Source: Mustelus asterias (Eukaryota). From it: DNA of 64,000 nucleotides. Position numbers and translations under genes: made by a program. This document shows positions 49,753-61,914 of the stretch, piece by piece. Each line of letters starts with the position of its first letter. The first letter of the stretch is position 1. Under the pieces are notes generated by a model that saw nothing but the letters and a program-made list of their open reading frames with translations, had not been told where the DNA came from and did not search any database. The stretch lies in contig NC_135829.1 in the NCBI RefSeq assembly GCF_964213995.1, positions 16,616,001-16,680,000 on the forward strand. Direction: 5' to 3'.

Positions 49753-50249
49753 AACCATGAATCTCCCAATCTGATTCGTCATATTAATAGGCAACGCCTA
49801 TCTGTAACAATGTCTTTGTTAAAGCCGCTTTGTTCATGGAAACTTTCAACCACAGTATTTCCTGTTACATCTCTGTGACTTCCTCCTTTATCTGTGTAGC
49901 TTCATGATAACTGTGCACCAAAAGAAGGATCTTTGTTGCCTCGTAATGATGACTATTAAAACCTCCAGGCATCTTACCTGAAACAGGTTTCCGTCTGGAT
50001 TATCTAATACATTACCATACGATATTATGCAGTCCACAACTGGATTTAAATTTTAATACAAGTGGCTCAGCAGCATCATTGTATATTCATTCTTACTGGC
50101 TCATTAACTGTACGACAAAGTTAATCTTACAGGAACCACAATACTCAAAAGAAAAATATTCCCCCAAGTCAAGCAGAAAAGATTTATACACAATTTCTTC
50201 AAGCAAACTTGTGAAATCCAAATCATTGGGTAATTTACAAATTTTAAGT

Positions 50250-50860
50250 TTGGAGACAGGGATGTGTTGTTGCAATTATACAGGGCCTTGGTGAGGCCAC
50301 ACCTAGAGTATTGTGTGCAGTTTTGATCTCCTTTTCTGAGGAAGAATGTTCTTGCTCTCGAGGGAGTGCAGCGAAGATTTACCAGGCTGATTCCAGGGAT
50401 GGCGGGACTGATGTATAAGGAGATTGACTAGGTTAGGATTGTTATCGCTGGAGTTCAGATGAACATGGGGGCATCTCACAGAGACTTATAAAATTCTAAC
50501 AGGACTAAACAGGGTAGATGCAGGGAAGATGTTCCCAATGGTGGGGGAGTCCAGAACCAGGGGCCACAGTCTGACGATTTAGGGTAGACCATTTAGGATG
50601 GCGGTGAGGAGACATTTCTTCACCCAAAGAGTGGTGAGCCAGTCACATTAATGCAATACCACAGGAAATAGTTGATGCCAAAACATTGAATGTATTCAAG
50701 AGGCGGCTGGATATTGCACTTGGGGCGAATGGGATCAAAGGTTATGGGGAGAAAGCAGGATTAGGTTATTGAGTTGGATGATCAGCCATGATCGTGATGA
50801 ATGGCGGAGCAGGCTCGAAGGACCAAATGGCCTCCTCCTATCTTCTACGTTTCTATGTTA
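50250..50860 (+). mobile_element. CR1 LINE 3' fragment ending about 45 nt from the exon 2 donor
   Basis: LYRALVRPHLEYCVQF..; same subfamily as 210-698. Confidence 0.88.
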
Positions 50861-50905
50861 CAACAAACTTTATCTGATAGAGGGTACTATAAACCAGATA
50901 CATAC

Positions 50906-51835
50906 CAAAGAGCGTCTCATTTGTAGAAGAATGTTCATGAAGCAGTCATGGCTAATCATTCCTTCTCGACTCATAGGCAGTTTCGTTTTTTCCATGGTGC
51001 TAACTACAGCCGATGCAGCCAAAGCCATTTCTATCCATTCCAGAAGGTACCTTAGAGAACCCCGCTGGGCTGCAAGTCCAAGCAGCAACTCTGAAGCTAA
51101 TCTCCGTCCCAAGATATCCGCTCCGGAGTTTGGCATTGTGACTCCCTTCAGGAATGTCGTCACTTGGGACAAGCAGTCCAGTCCCATTGCTGGAATTTTA
51201 CTCTCATTTGCTAAAGATAATGGCGGCAATGAGCTGATCACATCTATTGCTGTGTGGATAACGTCATTACAGAGGTTCAATCCTGGTACTGTGGAAGGCA
51301 CCAGCCAGCTCTGCCGCAACAGTGCAAACAGTAAACTTAATCCAGTCCGAACTCCCATCTCTATCAGAGCGTCTGTACTCGACCTTGGACGCTCACTAAC
51401 AGAATGGATATCTGTCGCTCCAGAACTGCTCTCAGGCGAATGCTGCTGCTGTTTGACTTTACCCTTGTCATGGTATTTGTTGGAAAGAGCATAAAAAACA
51501 CGCTGTAACACCAACAAGCGCTTCCGAAGGGACGCTGCAAATGGAGAATCGGAGCAAACCATCTTCGCCAGAGCCAGCTGGCTACTAAGGAGAGCATCCA
51601 GGTAGTGTTCTTGTTCATCGCTGGAGAGGGACTCGCGTTCAAAGTCTGGTAGCTGGGGTCCCTTGAGGCAGAGGACTTGCTGTGGTAATGGCACCACCTC
51701 TTTACTGCTAACTAGCTTACTGTACAAAATAGAAACACCTTCTCTGGTGGCAATGGACTCACTGTCCTCTGTAATCCAAGAGCTATTGAGGTGCTCCAAC
51801 CACTTTAGCTTCACTGGTGGAATCATTAGAGCCAT
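50906..51835 (-). CDS. HERC1: HERC1 first coding exon (exon 2, coding part; 930 nt)
   Basis: Translates MALMIPPVKLKWLEHLNSSWITEDSESIATREG...QMRRSL, near-identical to the vertebrate HERC1 N-terminus. Acceptor ttttag|G with exon start 51861 (26 nt of 5'UTR); donor TTG|gtatgt at 50905. Confidence 0.98.
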
Positions 51836-51841
51836 GATTGG

Positions 51842-51856
51842 TCACTTTATTGCCAT
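51842..51856 (-). promoter_or_regulatory. 4-codon upstream ORF (MAIK*) in HERC1 5'UTR
   Basis: Exon 2 begins gacta-ATG GCA ATA AAG TGA-ccaatc-ATG. The uORF is in frame with the main ATG and stops 6 nt before it. Confidence 0.7.
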
Positions 51857-51939
51857 TAGTCCTAAAACATAAAAAGGAAAATCATTAAAGTGTGAATTAA
51901 ATGCTTGGCAGATCGCACGCAAACTTCTTTTTAAAAAAT

Positions 51940-52232
51940 TTTATTTATTACTGTCGCAAGTAAACTTACATTAACACTGCAATGAAGTTACTGTGAAAAT
52001 CCCCCAGTCGCCACACTCCGGCGCCTGTTCGGGTACACCGAGGGAGAATTTAGCATGGCCAATGCACCCTAACCAGCACGTGTTTCGGACTGTGGGAGGA
52101 AATCGGTGCAGCCGGAGGAAACCCACGCAGACACGGAGAGAACGTGCAGACAGTGACCCAAGCCGGGAATCAAACCCGGGTCCCTGGTGCTGTGAGGCAG
52201 CAGTGCTAATCATTGTGCCATCATGCTGCCCC
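51940..52232 (-). mobile_element. HE1-like SINE type B
   Basis: Consensus match; about 80 nt upstream of the exon 2 acceptor. Confidence 0.9.
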
Positions 52233-52258
52233 ATTGAAGGCCCTTCTCCCCCCCAAAA

Positions 52259-52492
52259 CATCAAGTTTTGCAAAAGCAACAGTTAAAAATGAGACACTTT
52301 GAGGTGCAGTGAATACAGATCTGTTCTGACCTTGTCCAATAGCAGCAGATCTCACAGCAAGTGGAAGGACACTATAAAAGGTTACGCCACAGTGAAATAT
52401 GATGGAATGCACACTAATATTCTGAAGTGAGGTTGTTCTAAACTTACAACATTTAATTGATGCAAATCCTAAAGCTAGCTGGAGCTCAATAG
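52259..52492 (+). repeat. Diverged direct duplication, copy 1
   Basis: Collinear with 53221-53488 (catca.gttttgcaaa..gcagatctcacag..ggaatgcacact..tgaggttgttctaaactt..catttaattgatgcaaatcctaaag). Confidence 0.85.
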
Positions 52493-52694
52493 CAGAAACC
52501 TAAAAACAGACTATCAACAAGATAGCTTGTGAAACAAATACAAAACAATAACTGAACACAGACATGCGGACAGAGAAGCATGCTCAAATATTTTAAGCTC
52601 AGTGGGAGATCGTAATGGATTTGCTGAAGTAGAACTTCAGCTCATAGTATTGCATAACTTCAGAAATACAAAACAGCTGCTAAAGTTTTTTTTT

Positions 52695-52990
52695 TAAAGC
52701 TTATTTATTATTGTCACAAGTAGGTTTGCATTAACACTGCAATGAAGTTATTGTGAAAATCCCCTAGCCACCACACTCTGGTGCCTGTTCGGGTTACACT
52801 GAGGGAGAATTTAGCACGGCCAATGCACCCTAACCAGCACGTCTTTCGGACTGTGGGAGGAAATCAGAGCACCCGGAGGAAACCCTCGCAGACACGTGTA
52901 CAAACTCCACACGGACAGTGACCCAAGCCGGGAATCGAACCTGGGTCCCTGGCGCTGAGAGGCAGCAGTGCTAACCACTGTGCCACCGTA
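52695..52990 (-). mobile_element. HE1-like SINE type B
   Basis: Consensus match. Confidence 0.9.
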
Positions 52991-53220
52991 GTCATTATAC
53001 AGGTTACATGGCTGCAAGGTTTGTACAAACGTAATCATGATGCGCCCATTATCTGTCAAAAGCATTTTCCACAATCATTCGGAGCAATTTGACTGGGTCT
53101 AAATTTAGCTAACTGCTTCATTATCGATTGCTAGATTTTGAAGGTTTTGTTCCTGATCACAGTGCTACATACCTGTTCAGTTTTGAAGCAATATTTCAGC
53201 CAGTCAAGTGAAAATGTGCA

Positions 53221-53488
53221 CATCAGGTTTTGCAAATGCAACAATTAAAAAAAGGGTGAGACTTTGAGGTGTAGTGAAAGAGACAGGCCTGTTCTGACCT
53301 GGTCCAATACCAGATCTGCTGCAGATCTCACAGTAAGTTGAAAGACACTCTTAAAGGTTTTGCAAAAGTGAAAAACAGTGGAATGCACACTGTAATATTC
53401 TGAAATGAGGTTGTTCTAAACTTGTGAAAGTCCCCTAGTCGCCTACATTTAATTGATGCAAATCCTAAAGTTGGATAGAGCTTAATAG
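53221..53488 (+). repeat. Diverged direct duplication, copy 2
   Basis: See copy 1; carries an extra ~21-nt SINE-tail patch at 53423-53443. Confidence 0.85.
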
Positions 53489-53884
53489 TTTTTACAGCGA
53501 GGTTTAAGGTGATGGTAAACTTCCAGCCTCCACGTAAACATGAAATACTGCCTTTGTATCACAGGATCCCGACAGTACAGAAGGATGTCTGTGTGTTTTT
53601 AAAATATCTCTCAAATTATCTAAAGGGGCTTAACACATGACATACGCAAGGCTTTCATGTATTGTTAGCTACAATTTAAAAATAAGCAAATTTGAAAAAT
53701 GCTTTGAAGTGTCAGTCTCGATCGTACGTGGTAGAAGGAAACAACAAAATGAGAATTACTTTCAGATCTTGGATACGCTCTCCAATTACATATGATTCCA
53801 GTGATAAAAAGCATATACAATATTTGTTCATTGTTTTGGAAGAAATGGCAGGTTGTTTTAAACAAAAACAATTAAATCATATAC

Positions 53885-54450
53885 ATAAGAACATAACATA
53901 AGAATCACGAGCAGGAGTAGGCCATCTGGCCCCTCGAGCCTGCTCCGCCATTCAATGAGATCATGGCTGATCTTTTCGTGGACTCAGCAACACTTACCCG
54001 CCCGCTCACCATAACTCTTAATTCCTTTACTGTTCAAAAATTTATCTATCCTTACCTTAAAAACAGTGAGGTAGCCTCAACTGCTTCACTGGGCAGGGAA
54101 TTCCACAGATTCACAACCCTTTGGGTGAAGAAGTTCCTCCTCAACTCAGTCCTAAATCTGCTCCCCCTTATTTTGAGGCCATGCACCCTAGTTCGAGTTT
54201 CACCCGCCAGTGGGAACAACCTCCCTGCTTCTATCTTATCTATTCCCTTCATCATCTTGTATGTTTCTATAAGATCCCCCCTCATTCTTCTGAATTCCAA
54301 TGAGCATAATCCCAGTCTACTCAGTTTCTCCTCATAAGCCAACCCTCTCAACTCCGGAGTCAACCTAGTGAATCTCCTCTGCACCTTCTCCAGTGCCAAT
54401 ATATCCTTTCTCAAGTAAGGAGACCAAAACTGTACACAGTACTCCAGGTG
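53885..54450 (-). mobile_element. CR1 LINE 3' fragment
   Basis: ORF 54052-54477 HLEYCVQFWSPYLRKD...WNSLP. Confidence 0.9.
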
Positions 54451-54554
54451 AACTTGGACTGTTATTAAAATATACAAAAATATTGCTGAAGGGTTTCAGA
54501 GAATTTCCACATCAAAAAGAGGATGGAATGGCTGAATCTGATACCTACCAAGAT

Positions 54555-55022
54555 GTTAAAAGCTACAGTTTGAAACAGTACAGCTGCAGCTTTGAATAGC
54601 AGTTGATTGAATAATGCTAGAATATTCAGGAACAGGGTTGTTTTTAGGGTGAATATCTAACCATGCTGGTGATAACTGAAATCCAGCCGGATTTACCATT
54701 CAAAACAGCATTGTGTTAATTGTGCTAAACTATTGGATTCAATCTTATACAAATGGGTTCAGATCACCCAGTCTACGGATCGTCAGAGCAACCAAGATGC
54801 GCATCGGGACTCCTGAATGTTAGGAATGGGTTAACAGACCTTCCAATTAAGTCCTAATTTGATGTCAATTATCCAATAGAAGTCACTGATATATAAAAGG
54901 GGCTTCAGGTGGCACTGGGGGTTGATGCAGATTATAGGTGGAGTTGGATCAAAGAAATAAAGATAGTTTAAGAAGCTGGACTCGTGTCTCCTTTACTGAA
55001 CTGCAAACTAGAGGCTCAAACA
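54555..55022 (+). mobile_element. Possible solo LTR
   Basis: CCAAT (~54874), TATATAAAAG (~54890) and AATAAA (~54956) in LTR order, ending ..aaaCA. No TSD found and the 5' end is uncertain. Confidence 0.35.
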
Positions 55023-55349
55023 CCGAAGTCCCAGCATGGTGACCTCTATAGGAACTCCTTTACTCCCTAGAACCCTGCGCACATTTCTCTGATTCTGAGC
55101 TTGATCTAGGAAGCCAAGAAAATTAATTAATTAAAAGTACCTTAGCTGTGGAAACTCTGGCTCTAGTTGCAAAGTATCAAATAGTTTTAAGAAAAATCCC
55201 AAACAGGTTTGCCCTTTGAATGCTAGGTAGATAACCATTGCCTGTGGGATAATGTATATTTGACAAGGGCATGACTGAGAAACGGTTAGTATAAAAGAGA
55301 TCTTTCTTCACTCTAACATTTCTAAAATAGGTTGGTACAAGACAATTGG

Positions 55350-55670
55350 ACGGCACAGTGGTTAGCACTGTTGCCTCACAGCTCCAGGGACCCAGGTTCG
55401 ATTCCCGGCTTGTGTCACTTTGTGTGGAGTTTGCATGTTCTCCCTGGGAGTGTGTGGGTTTCCTCCGGGTGCTCCGGTTTCCTCCCACAGTCCAAAAATG
55501 TGCAGGTCCGGTGCATTAGCTATGCTAAATTGCCCCTTAGTGTCCCGGGATGCATAGGTTAGGGGGATAAGTGGGGTAAATATTTGGGGTTATAGGGCCT
55601 GGGTAGGATTGTTATTGGTGCAGACTCGATGGGCCGAATGGCCTCTTTCTGCACTATAGGGATTTTATGA
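55350..55670 (+). mobile_element. HE1-like SINE type A
   Basis: Consensus match. Confidence 0.9.
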
Positions 55671-56180
55671 CTGCATTCTATGACAATTGTTGGACTGCTT
55701 TAAAAAAAGTGTGTGCTCTAAGAAATTATTGGAAGCTCTGGAAGAAGGACATCCTGTATCATGATGTGTATTATATGAAATACGGAAAATCATTTTCCAT
55801 CCAATTTTAAATTACAACTTGATAACACAATTTCAATAAGAGGAGAATTGGCTAATGATATGTTAACACATTTCTTAACCACCCATAGCAATTACATTTC
55901 TCTTTGTTACATACCACTGAGATCAAAGTGATTCAAAGGCTAATTGCTTGAAGGACATGGGTTCAAATCCCACATAATCTGGTTGAATTAAAATTTACTT
56001 CAAGAGCATGCAAATAAAGTCATCCAACCCAACCGTCTGTCCCTCTACCGCAGCTGTTTGTGGCTGGATGGCCTTGGAAAGGGAGCATGTGGTGCCCACC
56101 AATGCATGCCCAGCAGGCAGAGTGGTGGTTAGGGCGCATCAGCAACACCATTTTAAATTGACTCAAGTTTCCTCTGAAGT

Positions 56181-56532
56181 CATCATAGAAATCATAGAAA
56201 CCCTACAGTACAGAAAGAGGCCATTCGGCCCATCGAGTCTGCACCGACCACAATCCCACCCAGGCCCTACCCCCATATCCCTACATATTTTACCCACTAA
56301 TCCCTCTAACCTACACATCCCAGGACACTAAGGGGCAATTTTAGCACGGCCAATCAACCCAACCTGCACATCTTTGGACTGTGGGAGGAAACCGGAGCAC
56401 CCGGAGGAAACCCACGCAGACACGAGGCGAATGTGCAAACTCCACACAGACAGTGGCCCAAGCCGGGAATCGAACTGAGGTCCCTGGAGCTGTGAAGCAG
56501 CAGTGCTAACCACTGTGCTACCGTGCCGCCCG
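56181..56532 (-). mobile_element. HE1-like SINE type A
   Basis: Full length, looks young. Confidence 0.92.
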
Positions 56533-56697
56533 TCTTGAGTTTGTATTATAGTGCGCCATCAGGAGCTGTCACTCTCACTTATTGATAATTTGTTTATTGA
56601 TTTTTTTTGTTACACCAAAAGAGCATTTAAATATGGACTGGCAGTTTATTAGTACAAGAGGTTAATCTCCCTGCTTGGCATGTGGGAGGCAGGGGTT

Positions 56698-56699
<2 letters not shown>

Positions 56700-56737
<38 letters not shown>
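56700..56737. repeat. (TG)n microsatellite
   Basis: Seen directly. Confidence 0.95.
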
Positions 56738-56739
<2 letters not shown>

Positions 56740-57090
56740 TTCAATTCCCCAAGGGGGGAAAAGTTGCTGACTAAAATTATGTCTGCCCTTGCTCTTTGCT
56801 TCATTGTTATGGCCATGCCGTGATGACCTCGGGACAAGGAGCATGTCCACCAGTACACTAGAGGCCTTCCCACAATTGGTGGGCACAAAAGGGGCCAGAG
56901 TGCAAGTTAACTCTGGTAATGTCATTTTAATTTCATTCAATAAGATTCTTTTAGAGTTTTTGATTTTTGCTAATTAGTTTTTAGTCAATTTGATTTCAGC
57001 TTGCTCAGAAAATGTATAAATGGTGAACGCGGAGGCCCTACAGTGGTGGGTAGGGCTGAATGGTTGGGAGTTAGTAGATTTTAGGAAGGT

Positions 57091-57410
57091 CGTAGAATCC
57101 TACAGTGCAGAAGGAGACCATTCGGCCCATCGAGTCTGTACCGACCACAATACCACCCAGGCCCCATCCCCATAACCCCATGCATTTACCTTAGCTAGTC
57201 CTGACACTAAGGGGCAAATTAGCATGGCCAATCCACCTAACCCGCACATCTTTGGACAGTGGGAGGAAACCCACGCAGATGCAGGGGAGAATGTGCAAAC
57301 TCCATCTAGACAGTGACCCAAGCCGGGAATCGAACCCAGGTCCCTGGCAATGTGAGGCAGCAGTGCTAACCACTGTGCCACCGTGCCACCCCACCACTGT
57401 GCCACCGTGC
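57091..57410 (-). mobile_element. HE1-like SINE type A
   Basis: Consensus match; short duplicated head segment. Confidence 0.9.
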
Positions 57411-58079
57411 TGAATTCTGCAGTGTAAATAAGCCTATTACCAATGAAAATAATTGGTGTCTAGCTTCATCCTTCACTACCTGGCTTGGGAAGCAGTGCGT
57501 GAATCAGCATTATTTGGGCCATCTATTGAGATAAAAATTGAAAACTTTGTTCTTGGGATGGGATCTTTTACAACCACTTTGGCAAGCAGATGTAGACAGT
57601 TTACTGGTGTCAAAAAACAGCAGAACTCCCTAGTAATGCATTAAAACATTAACCCGGATTAGGTTCCCAAGCCTACAATGGAGCTTGAACTTTCTAACTT
57701 AAAAGGTGAGTGTGCTCCCATCTAAGCCAAGATAACAATGTAGAGGCTGTTTTGCAAGGTTGTCAGTGCGATAAATGCCCAGGAGTACTTTGCACAGTGC
57801 CTGAAATGAAGTTCTTTTCGAAAAACAAAAACAAATAGTTCCCTGGACAGCAACAAGAGTAGCAAATGCTCAATGGCCAACGGGCTAAATAATTGATAAA
57901 ACAGAGGGAAAACTGGTTTCATATGGTGCGAGCAAGAAAGGCTTACACAAAGAGTGATATCAAAAGCACTTGAAAGCTAGCTAGCTCCTTCCACTGCTGT
58001 GACATTTTACTCCTTCTGGGGACACTAGAACAAAGAATGCATTCCAAGTTAAATGAAGAAAAATAATCCTGCAGAGGAA

Positions 58080-58400
58080 GCCCAATTCCCACTTACTCCA
58101 TTTTGCTCGGGCTCTTTGATGCCACATTCGGTCAAATGCTGCCCTGATGTCAGGGGCAGTCACTCTCACCTCTGGAATTCAGATTCTTTGTCTATGTTTG
58201 AGCCAAGGCTGCAATGAGGTCAGGAGCTGAATGACCCTGGCAGAATTCGAACGGAGCATCGGGTTATTGCTAAGCAAGTGCCACTTGATGGGGCAGCAAT
58301 TGGCCAGGTTGGATTTGTCCGGCTTTTTATCCGCTGGACACACCTGGGCAATTTTCTACATTGCCAGGTAGATGCCAGTGTTGTAATTGTACTGGAACAC
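58080..58400 (-). mobile_element. Decayed RT fragment of a LINE (probably the family of 38644-39392)
   Basis: FQYNYNTGIYL..KIAQVCP..DKSNLAN.., RVTAPDIRAAFDRMWH. Confidence 0.7.
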
Positions 58401-58835
58401 TCCTGCCCCAGGTTTTGATTGCAAATAAACTAACCTTCTGAGTTAATCATGCTTGCAAGTTATTGGTAAATTGGATCACAAACTGAGGGTTTGGGAAAAA
58501 ACACAACTTTCAAAATTATTCAAAACACGTTCGGCTTGCGGATGTTGGAGGGGAAAGAAGTTCAGTTTGCCTATCCATCCTGTCTGTAACAAAAGCGACG
58601 TAGAGAAGCAGAGAGGATTAGGGAAGGTATTCCAGCGCCTAAAGATGACGCAACTCAAGGCACAATCACCAATGGTGGAGAGATTAATAACGGGAATGCA
58701 CAAGAAACAAAATTAGGGGAGCACAGATATCTGGGATGGTTGTAGGGCTGGAGAGGATTACAATGGCAAGTTCATGGAGGGATTTGAAAACAAGTTTGAG
58801 AACTTTAAAATGAAAACATTGCTTGACTAGGTATT

Positions 58836-59148
58836 GCAGTGGCACAGTGGTTAGCACTGATGCTTCATAGCGCCAGGGGCCTGGGTTCGATTCCAGCCTT
58901 GGGTGACTTGTCTGTGCGGAGTTTGCATGTTCTCCCTATGCCTGTATGGGTTTCCTCCCACTGCCTAAAGATGTGCAAGCTAGGTGGATTGGCCATGGTA
59001 AATCGCCCCTTAGTGCCCCAAGAGGTATAGGTTAGGGAGATTAGCAGGATAAGCGTGTGTGGGGTTACGGGAATAGGTATGATACTGGAGAGTTAGAGCA
59101 GACTTGATGGGCCGAATGGCCTCCTTCTGCACTGTAGGGACTCTATGA
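58836..59148 (+). mobile_element. HE1-like SINE type A
   Basis: Consensus match. Confidence 0.88.
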
Positions 59149-59715
59149 ACTGTAGATCAGCGAGCACAGGGATGATAGGGAAATGTGACCTCGTTTGTGT
59201 TAAGAGTTTTGGATGACCTCAAGTTGGTGGAGGGTAGGATGTGGGCAATCAGCCAAGGATGTGGTCAAGTCTAGAAGTAATTTAGACTAGGTTGAAAATA
59301 AAAAAATGGCCATAGAAACAGAGAAGGCACATGAAATTAGAATGAATCCGCAAGGAGAAAAACAATTCAACTGCTTCGGCGTCGTAATTCCTGTTTAATT
59401 CAATAACTATCTTACACAAGAGCTTTGAAAAGCTGTTTTTCCTCTGCCTTATCTGGGGTATAATTTACAATGTTACATTATCATGAGGAAATAAGGAAGC
59501 AATACTGTATCAACAGCATCCATCGCATTTCCTGCATTTCCAGTCTCACCACTGCGGCAATAGATCCTTCACCTTCCATCCCAGCAGCCTCGAAATTCAG
59601 AACACTGGCAGTGTTCTCTATCTCCTTGGTTCATTTCTCTATTGTCGAGAATCTCAGCAACCCTTCCCGGCTTGCTGTTGCAGGTGGAATACCTGTCCAA
59701 TGTGGTTCTTGTCTC

Positions 59716-60034
59716 CACGGTGGCACAGTGGTTAGCACTGCTGCCTCACAGCTGCCAGGGACCTGGGTTCAATTCCGGCCTCGGGTCAGCGTCTGTACAG
59801 ACTCTGCATGTTCTCCCCGCGTCTACGTGTGTTTCCTCCGGGTGCTCCGGTTTCCTCCCACAGTCCAAAGATGTGCAGGTTAGGTTGATTGGCCGTGGTA
59901 AATTGCCCCTTAGTGTCAGGGAAACCAGCAGCGTAAATACATGGGGTTACGGGGCTAGGGCCTGGGTGGGATTGTGGTCGATGCAGACTTGATGGGCCGA
60001 GTGGCCTCCTTCTGCACTGTAGGGATTCTATGAT
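59716..60034 (+). mobile_element. HE1-like SINE type A
   Basis: Consensus match. Confidence 0.9.
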
Positions 60035-60309
60035 TGATCACTGTCTGAAGTCCCACTCTTTCCCGAAACTGTGCATAATCATTTTCCAATTCAGTCTGCT
60101 ATACCCATTTAAATGTCCTGTCTTCTGGAGTCACCAAGTACATATTAATGGACCATTGCAAATAGCTGTATTCCATGCACAAGAAAAGGCAGCAAGGAAC
60201 ATAGAAGCAAGGCAGTTAAATTAAATCTGATCTAATTAAAAGATGGGACAAGTTCGATGGTCTGAACAATCTTCTTGCGTTCCCATGTTCTTAAACATCA
60301 CCATGACTT

Positions 60310-60617
60310 CGGCGGCATGGCGGCTAGCGCTGCTGCCTCACAGCGCCAGGGACCCAGGTTCAATTCCGACCTCAGGTCACTGTCTGCGTGGAGTTTGCAC
60401 GTTCTCCCCGTGTGTTTCCTCCGGGTGCTCCGGTTTCCTCCCACACTCCAAAGATGTGCGGGTTAGGTTGACTGGCCATTCTAAATTGACCCTCGTGTCA
60501 GGGGGATTAACAGGGTAAATGTGTCGGGGTCACGGGAATAGGGCCTGGCAGGGATTGTGGTCAGTGTAGGCTCGATGGACCGAATGGCCTCCTCCTGCAC
60601 TGTAAGGATTCTATGAC
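60310..60617 (+). mobile_element. HE1-like SINE type A
   Basis: Consensus match. Confidence 0.9.
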
Positions 60618-60889
60618 TTCTCAGGCCAGCAATTCAATTCTCTCTCATTCCCACACCGATCTTTTAGCCTTTGAGCTCCTTCACAATTTAAGCCAGCTTG
60701 GTGTACAAACTTCATAACATCGCAGTGATTTGACCTTCCTGCGCTCCCAGCAGAGCATTACATTCACTCCAAGGGAGACAAGGCTACAAGACTATAAACC
60801 TGGTGTTCGTATCTGCAGATTCCCTGCATGGAGTGCAGAATTACACCGAGGATCTCTTTCTCCTGGGGTATTCGGTAGCCCCCTGGTCT

Positions 60890-61123
60890 TTTTTCCACAC
60901 AGAGACTGGTGGGTGCCTGGGACATGCTGCCAGAGGTGGTGGTGGAAGCAGGCACATTAGCAACACTTAAGAGGCATCTGGATGGGTACATGAATAGGGA
61001 AGGAAGAGAGGAATGCAGACCAAGTAAGAGCAGAAGGTTTTTTTTGTTAGTTTAGTTAGGGCATCATGATCGGCACAGGCTTGGAGGGCCGAAGGGCCTG
61101 TTCCTGTGCTGTACTCTTCTTTG
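60890..61123 (+). mobile_element. CR1 3' end
   Basis: FSTQRLVGAWD.LP; gggccgaagggcctgttcctgtgctgta tail. Confidence 0.8.
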
Positions 61124-61745
61124 CAAACATTAACTCTTAGACAACGTAGACATTTTCTGCCACCACTATTTTCTTGTCTATTTCCTCCTCCTGCTGTTTG
61201 AAGTTATTTTTTAAACATGCTTTTAGCCTTATTACAGGTGAAAGAAATATTGATACATAAAACACTGATCACAAGTTACTGAATCCGGTGACATCTTTGG
61301 GCTGACATTTTGCACGTTTAACCCAAGATCTTTATCCATCATTCCCCTTTGTCATTAGCTTTATAAAAGGGACTCAGCCCTTTCCAAATTCAACAATGAA
61401 AAGGTGGTGGAAGCAGGCACCGAATTATTCTTCTACCCTACCCCCCCCCCCCCCCCCCACCCCAACCAAACTGCTGACAGACCTTCCATATACTGGCTTT
61501 TATTCTACCTTCAACGTGTTTAGTTAAATCAAATAAGTATTCAGCACAGATAGAGCAAGTGCTGGAGATGCCATCTTTCAAATAAAATGTGAACACAATG
61601 TTCCCCATTTGCACGTTCAGGTGGACAGAAAAGATTCCATCGCATGAACTGAAAAGCAAGATATCTCCCAATGTCCTAGCTAGGATTCATTAAGAGTTTT
61701 AACAACTCCAGGTTAAAGTCCAACAGGTTTATTTGATAGCAAATG

Positions 61746-61782
61746 CCATTAGCTTTCGGAGCGCTGCTCCTTCATCAGATGG
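61746..61782 (-). ncRNA. Minimal type I hammerhead ribozyme
   Basis: ccat-ctgatga-a-ggagc-agc-gctcc-gaa-a-gc-t-a-atgg. Confidence 0.8.
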
Positions 61783-61914
61783 AGTGGATATCTGCTCTCA
61801 AACGGGGCATACAGACACACAAAATCAAGTTACAGAATACTGATTGGAATGCGAATCTTTACAGCTACATTTAAAGATACAGGCAATGTGAGTGGAGGGA
61901 GCATTTGTCAGACT

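Noticed and set aside
50769-51494. 241-aa plus-strand ORF as an antisense gene
   Set aside because: It is the shadow frame of HERC1 exon 2, starting in a CR1 3' UTR with a non-ATG start.
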